Positions 20,693 through 25,226 of a stretch of 25,226 nt of DNA are shown here, piece after piece. The stretch is from Vitrella brassicaformis CCMP3155 (lineage: Eukaryota > Protista > Chromerida). The stretch is taken from NCBI GenBank assembly GCA_001179505.1, contig CDMY01000744.1:1-25226 (forward strand). Direction: 5' to 3'. The position numbers were made by a program, and so were the translations under genes. Under the pieces are notes generated by a model that was not told the origin of the DNA, ran no database searches, and saw nothing but the letters and a program-made list of their open reading frames with translations. Position 1 is the stretch's first letter. Each line of letters begins with the position of its first letter.

Positions 20693-21882
20693 ATGCCGCC
20701 CTCCTCGGCCGACAAAGTCAAGGTCCTGATTAGAAATCGTCAGAGCTACCGCACCCGCCACCCCGACACCATCCCGCAGCGTGTTAACAAGGCCGCCCAT
20801 GGAAGGTGCCACGGTGGGGATTTGAGGGCTTCGCCAGCTACCTGCAGGTCTTTGCCCACCTGCTGCACTTCAGCGCCCGCCAGCACTTCCAGAACATCCA
20901 CATCACCATCCCACTGCAGGTGGCCCTGCCCCGGTTCTGCGAGTACGCCGACCTCACTCACGGCCAGGTGCGGGTCACCGACCAGTGGAACATCAAGTGG
21001 ATATTTGCAGACATGATCATCATCATCTGGTGCCTCTGCCCCAAGGTCATCGTCTGCATCATCATCTGGATCAAATGCGTCCTATTCCCCATCTACAAGC
21101 TGATCAAGCAGCGCAAGGACGCCGTCCTCAAGGTCGTCAACGGGCGGGCCATCCTCTTCAAGCAGGGCCTCTACTACTACCTCGAGATGGTCAAGAAGAA
21201 CGGAGGCGGCCCGGCCCCTCCCCTCCGTCTGCCCCGCTGCTTCTGTGCCATCGCCGAGCTCTTCCGCCTCACGCCCGTCGAGCGCTCGTTCGTCAAGGGC
21301 AACAACCTGCCGGCAAGGGACGACAGCTCCAAGACCAACAACCAACAGGAGATGCGGGACAGGGCCAGAGAGATGGTCGAGGCCAGCACCACCATCCACC
21401 CAAACCTCAAGGCCGTCATCCTCAAGTGGTTCGACGAGTGGCCGCTGCCGCCCTGCCAGTTCTCAGAGGAGATCCGCGGCAAGTCCTACCTCATCACCGA
21501 CCCAGCCAACTGCATTGGCCTGATGCCGGCGCTGTTCGGCATCAACGACGACACGGGTGCGGTGCCCGAGGGATGGGACCTCACGGCCCATCACCTCGGG
21601 ATCATCCTCAAGAGGTAAGCAGCGAAGCGAGGGAGACACACACCACATGCATGCAGCGGTGATGCTGTGTGTCTATCTTCCCATAGCTTTGAGAACAAGA
21701 ACCCCATCAACGAGGAGTGGGAGGACGAGGCGGAGGAGGTGGAGGGCCGCATCAAACACGCCCTGCAGCACCTGACGGACCACAACGTCATCGGCCGCCT
21801 GCGCCTCTCCGACACAACCCGCCGCATCAAGGCCGAGCTGGCTTAGGGGGACAACGACGACGAGGACGGCGAGGACGAGTAG
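20693..21882 (+). pseudogene. Hypothetical protein gene, probably disrupted (frameshift near 20791, in-frame TAG at 21844-21846); ~372 aa if restored
   Basis: Strong C/G-ending codon bias in 20693-20790 and 20806-21614, which are in different frames. Intron 21615-21686 (AG|GTAAGC..CCATAG). The last exon reads ..RRIKAELA*GDNDDEDGEDE*. An intact alternative exists: a 32-nt intron at 20806-20837 with the stop at 21846. Confidence 0.6.
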
Positions 21883-22402
21883 AGCAGAGGCACCAGATGG
21901 TGATGCATGTTGGTCGGAGGGACGGTAGTAAGGGGCGTTAGCTGTCATGGCGCGTGTGCGTCGAGCTGTCGATGTGTGCACACTCGTGACTCTATGTGTA
22001 TGTCGACTGCGTGTGTGCATGTGGGCACTTTCTCGTTCGAGCGGTTACGTGAAGGCACCACATTTTTCGCATTTGATCTGTCCACACGGCCTCTCTCACA
22101 CACCCGAACTGTTCACAGCCAATTGATGGCGGAGAGAACGACATCAATTAGCGTGGCTAGGTGGCTGTTGTTTCCTTCTCTCGACGTCCCTCTGTATTCA
22201 CACGAGCCCCTCCAGTCAGCAGCTAAGCCATACACACACATACCTTAATGCACACATACACGCACTAGGCAGCTAGGCACGCGCGCATCTACGCACCCAC
22301 CACGAAGTGATCCATTCCTCTCCTTCCTCTCCACCGTGCACACACGTCTGTCTCTCCCCCTAGCTGGCTGGCTACACAGATCTGTCCATTGGTCTGAGCT
22401 CT

Positions 22403-24590
22403 CTATCGCTCCTCTCCCGCCTCCCCACTATCGCCCTCCAGCTGGCCGTCCACCTCCACCTCTCTCTCCCCATAGCTATCGCCATCGCTGCCATCGTCGC
22501 CCACCTGAGTGGCCTGGTCGTCCTCACCCCCACCTGGCTGACGGACCACCTGAATGACGCCCTCTTGAATAAGTGCGGTCAGTCGCTGCCCATGGAAGCG
22601 ATCCGGGAAATACTTGGCTACAACCATCGCCGCCTGATAGGCACAAGACAGCACAGAGTGTATCTTTGTGCGTGTCCCTTGTCGCCATGTGTGGTAGCCT
22701 TGCAGGCAGGTCAGCTTACCTTCACTGCGATGCCGACGTCACTGTGTGTCTGTAGTGCCGCTACCTTGTCCACACCGCCGGCCTGCAGGAAAGGCCGCAC
22801 GAACGAAACATCCGGCAATGTGGCTGTGTGTCGGTTGCGGCGGCCTCTTCTTACCTGCTCTACCAGTGTGCCATAGGTGTTGTCGGGGAGGCCCTCCTCG
22901 GCCTGCTTCTGCCGACCCACACTGCACACACCCAGGCAAGCAACACACACGGTCGGTGACGCACACGCATCTGTCCAGGTGCAGACGTACGCTAGTATCT
23001 TGTCGAGGGTCGGGAGCGTGACGACTATGAAGTTATGCTGCTGGAGGCCAGCAGTGCCCTCGAGCAGGTCGCACAGGGGCTGGATGCCGCCGAACTCAGC
23101 CACATGCTCAGTCTGAATGAATGAACAAGTGAATGAATAAGTAAATGAATCAAGACATGCAAACATCGAGCGACATAGAGACACATCTGCGTGTCGAAAT
23201 ACCTACCTGCTGCTGCGATCCTCGCGCAATGTTTCCTATGGCCGTCGCCGCCATTTGATTGATGCTGAGATCGGCCTCTCCGCCCGCGGCCACGTTGATC
23301 AACACCGGCACCAGATCAGCATCAATGACGGCCTGCCGGTGAGCCGTGGTGCCTGCATCCCCATGTGGCTTAGCCAGAGCTCTCTGTGCGTGATTGTTTC
23401 ACCTGTAGTCATGTTGATCGCCGTCAGGCACGCGGCGCCGTTCACGTCTGCCTCGGCCGACTCCAGCAGTGTCTTGATCGACGCCATGGCGCCACACTCG
23501 ACCAGCGCGTCACGATCAGCATCGGTGCCTGTAGACCAACAAACCACAGGGACAGTGCCATAAGCCACACAGTTCGGTGTGTCCGTGCTTCCTGACCTCC
23601 AGCAACCAGAGCCACCAGCCAGCTGGCAGGCCGACGCACCGTCAGGATGTCATGCGCCAGCAGCTCCACCAGCCGCCCGCACAGGCCCATCGCCCTCACG
23701 GCATGTCGAAGCTCATCCTCACTGACCTGCGTCAAGACCGTCAGCGCGCACTCCAGCACACCTTGGTCCTGTTCAGGTTGGCCGATGTGGTTGAGCAGCA
23801 CGGCCACGAAGGGGGCGAAGTCGGCCAGCGGGTACGAGGGCTCGCGGCAATGGACATGGACGAGCAGCCAGGCGCCAATGCGGAGGACGGGGGTGTGGCT
23901 GCTCTCACGCAGCACCTTCAGCAGCGGCTCCAGGATGCCGGCCGCCAGCACCAGCTCGCGATGCGTCACCGATCCGCCCGCGATGTGGCCCAGGGCACAA
24001 ATCGCCTCCCCACACACATCGTCAACGGATGACGACACCAGCTGGACGAGGGGCGGGATGGCGCCCGCATCCACCACCGCCGCGACATGACGATCCGCCA
24101 GCAGGCCGAGGGCTTTGGCGGCTAGCTTTGGCACCTGTGAGAACACATGAGAAGGCAGATGGACATGGGCTGAATCCATCACACAAGCAGCACATATAGT
24201 GGCAAATCATCGAGGTATGATATGAGGACACATACAGAAAAAGATGACGTACACGTGACAGAGGGGAGCCTCCTCGCACGTCAGGTTCCCTACCAACACA
24301 GGCACCGAACCTGCCTCAATGGCCTTCTGAGCGATGCTGTCAATGTGCTCGACGGACAGCAGCCGGACCAATTGTTGCGTCGCGTCGACCTGGAGCTGTG
24401 GATCACTGGCCGAGGCAATCAGGTGGCAGATGCCGGTCATGACGACGGCGATGTCCGCGTCTACAGGCTCTCGCTGCTTCATGGTGTGGTCGTAGGCCTC
24501 TCTCGTGCGGATGGCGTCGTGCAGGACACACGCCTTGGCCAGCACTGCTTGGGGTGAGGGATGGCTGGGTGCGCTGCCCGCCGACTCCAT
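22403..24590 (-). CDS. Importin-alpha-derived armadillo-repeat protein (paralog 2), highly degenerate NLS-binding motifs, 8 exons
   Basis: DPQLQVDATQQLVRLLS, VVDAGAIPPLVQLVSSSVDDVCGEAICALGHIAG, RELVLAAGILEPLL, GGIQPLCDLL, DNTYGTLVEQAGGVDKVAALQTHSD, acidic tail, TAG at 22405-22403. All introns phase-checked; start codon uncertain. Confidence 0.85.
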
Positions 24591-24933
24591 CTCGTGACGC
24601 CTGCGAACACCCCACACCGCCAAAGTGATGCAGAATGCTTCATGCCTGCTCCGCTTCATCCTCCTGACCTGGTCAGAGCTACTGAACACGCTGCTCTCCC
24701 AGATCTCACGCTGCACGTTCGAGAGAAGGGATGGATGACGACACGAAATGATCTGATAGATCTGCAGCAGGAATGCTTTCAATTACCGTCGTGTGTGCAG
24801 GCTATGATGTCGGAGGCTCACGGAACCGACGAAACGCGGACGGAAAGCGGCGCGAGCGGAAGGCGATCGGATGAATGCCTTTCGCGGTTCAGGTACTCAG
24901 CCATCATCATCTGTCAGAAGTGCAAGTCGGTCC

Positions 24934-24955
24934 AGGGTTTAGGGTCTAGGGTTCA
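24934..24955 (+). repeat. Three degenerate telomere-like heptamers (AGGGTTT AGGGTCT AGGGTTC A)
   Basis: Read directly; resembles the GGGTT(T/C)A telomere repeat of Plasmodium. Very short. Confidence 0.5.
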
Positions 24956-25226
24956 TAGACCGACGATCCACTGATCTGTGAGACAGGACGGCTGTTGAGT
25001 CTTTGTCCGTTCCATGAGACAGGCCATGGCGGACAGGACGTCAGACAGGATGGACTGACGCATACTACATGTCCTACGTGGACTCTCCACAAAATCCACA
25101 GACCTTACGTTGCATTGACTTAATCCTTTATCCGGGACTGACCGCCCGGCAGATCCTCTCTTCACCATTCTCCCCGACTCTCTCCCCCCTATTCTTACAT
25201 TGGGTTCGAACTCGGGACAATTCGGA

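Noticed and set aside
24601-24782. Basic upstream peptide RRMKRSRHEAF..VRRRHEM as a possible IBB for paralog 2
   Set aside because: Most of it lies in a good 68-nt GT..AG intron candidate (24668-24601), so it is probably not translated.
25200-25226. GGGTTCGAACTCGGG resembling a tRNA T-loop/B-box
   Set aside because: No pairing T-stem on either strand and no cloverleaf; truncated by the window edge.
1-25226. CRISPR arrays, operon-like prokaryotic systems, rRNA, spliced-leader repeats
   Set aside because: No repeat-spacer periodicity or recognisable RNA gene; the window is spliceosomal-intron-rich eukaryotic DNA.

Overview
Eukaryotic scaffold window: GC-rich and intron-dense, with most introns 50-95 nt, GT..AG, and often containing (CT)n/(GT)n microsatellites. 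The style plus an ATEL1-type transferase suggest a chromerid/apicomplexan-related alveolate such as Vitrella (inference, not verified). Contents, left to right: (1) 1-~4980, three staggered, gap-separated segments of a minus-strand CRE-clade-like non-LTR retrotransposon ORF; the 5'-most segment has an in-frame TGA and abuts the next gene head-to-head; (2) a 13-exon PHT1/PHO84-like phosphate transporter that splices in frame into a ~390-aa unrecognised C-terminal region; (3) an importin-alpha-derived ARM gene with no IBB and rearranged repeats; (4) an intronless EamA/DMT transporter, divergent from (5) a Leu/Phe-tRNA-protein-transferase-fold (ATEL1-like) gene; (6) a ~16-exon hypothetical gene with one exon containing a decayed 21-nt repeat array; (7) a probable pseudogene with a 1-nt frameshift and a premature TAG before an acidic tail; (8) a second, more degenerate importin-alpha paralog sharing six intron positions with the first. 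Three gaps are exactly 300 N, probably placeholders. All gene models were spliced and phase-checked by hand; no database searches were run. I found no convincing wholly new multi-gene system. The best leads are the remodelled importin-alpha paralogs, the transporter extension and the retroelement/transporter junction.
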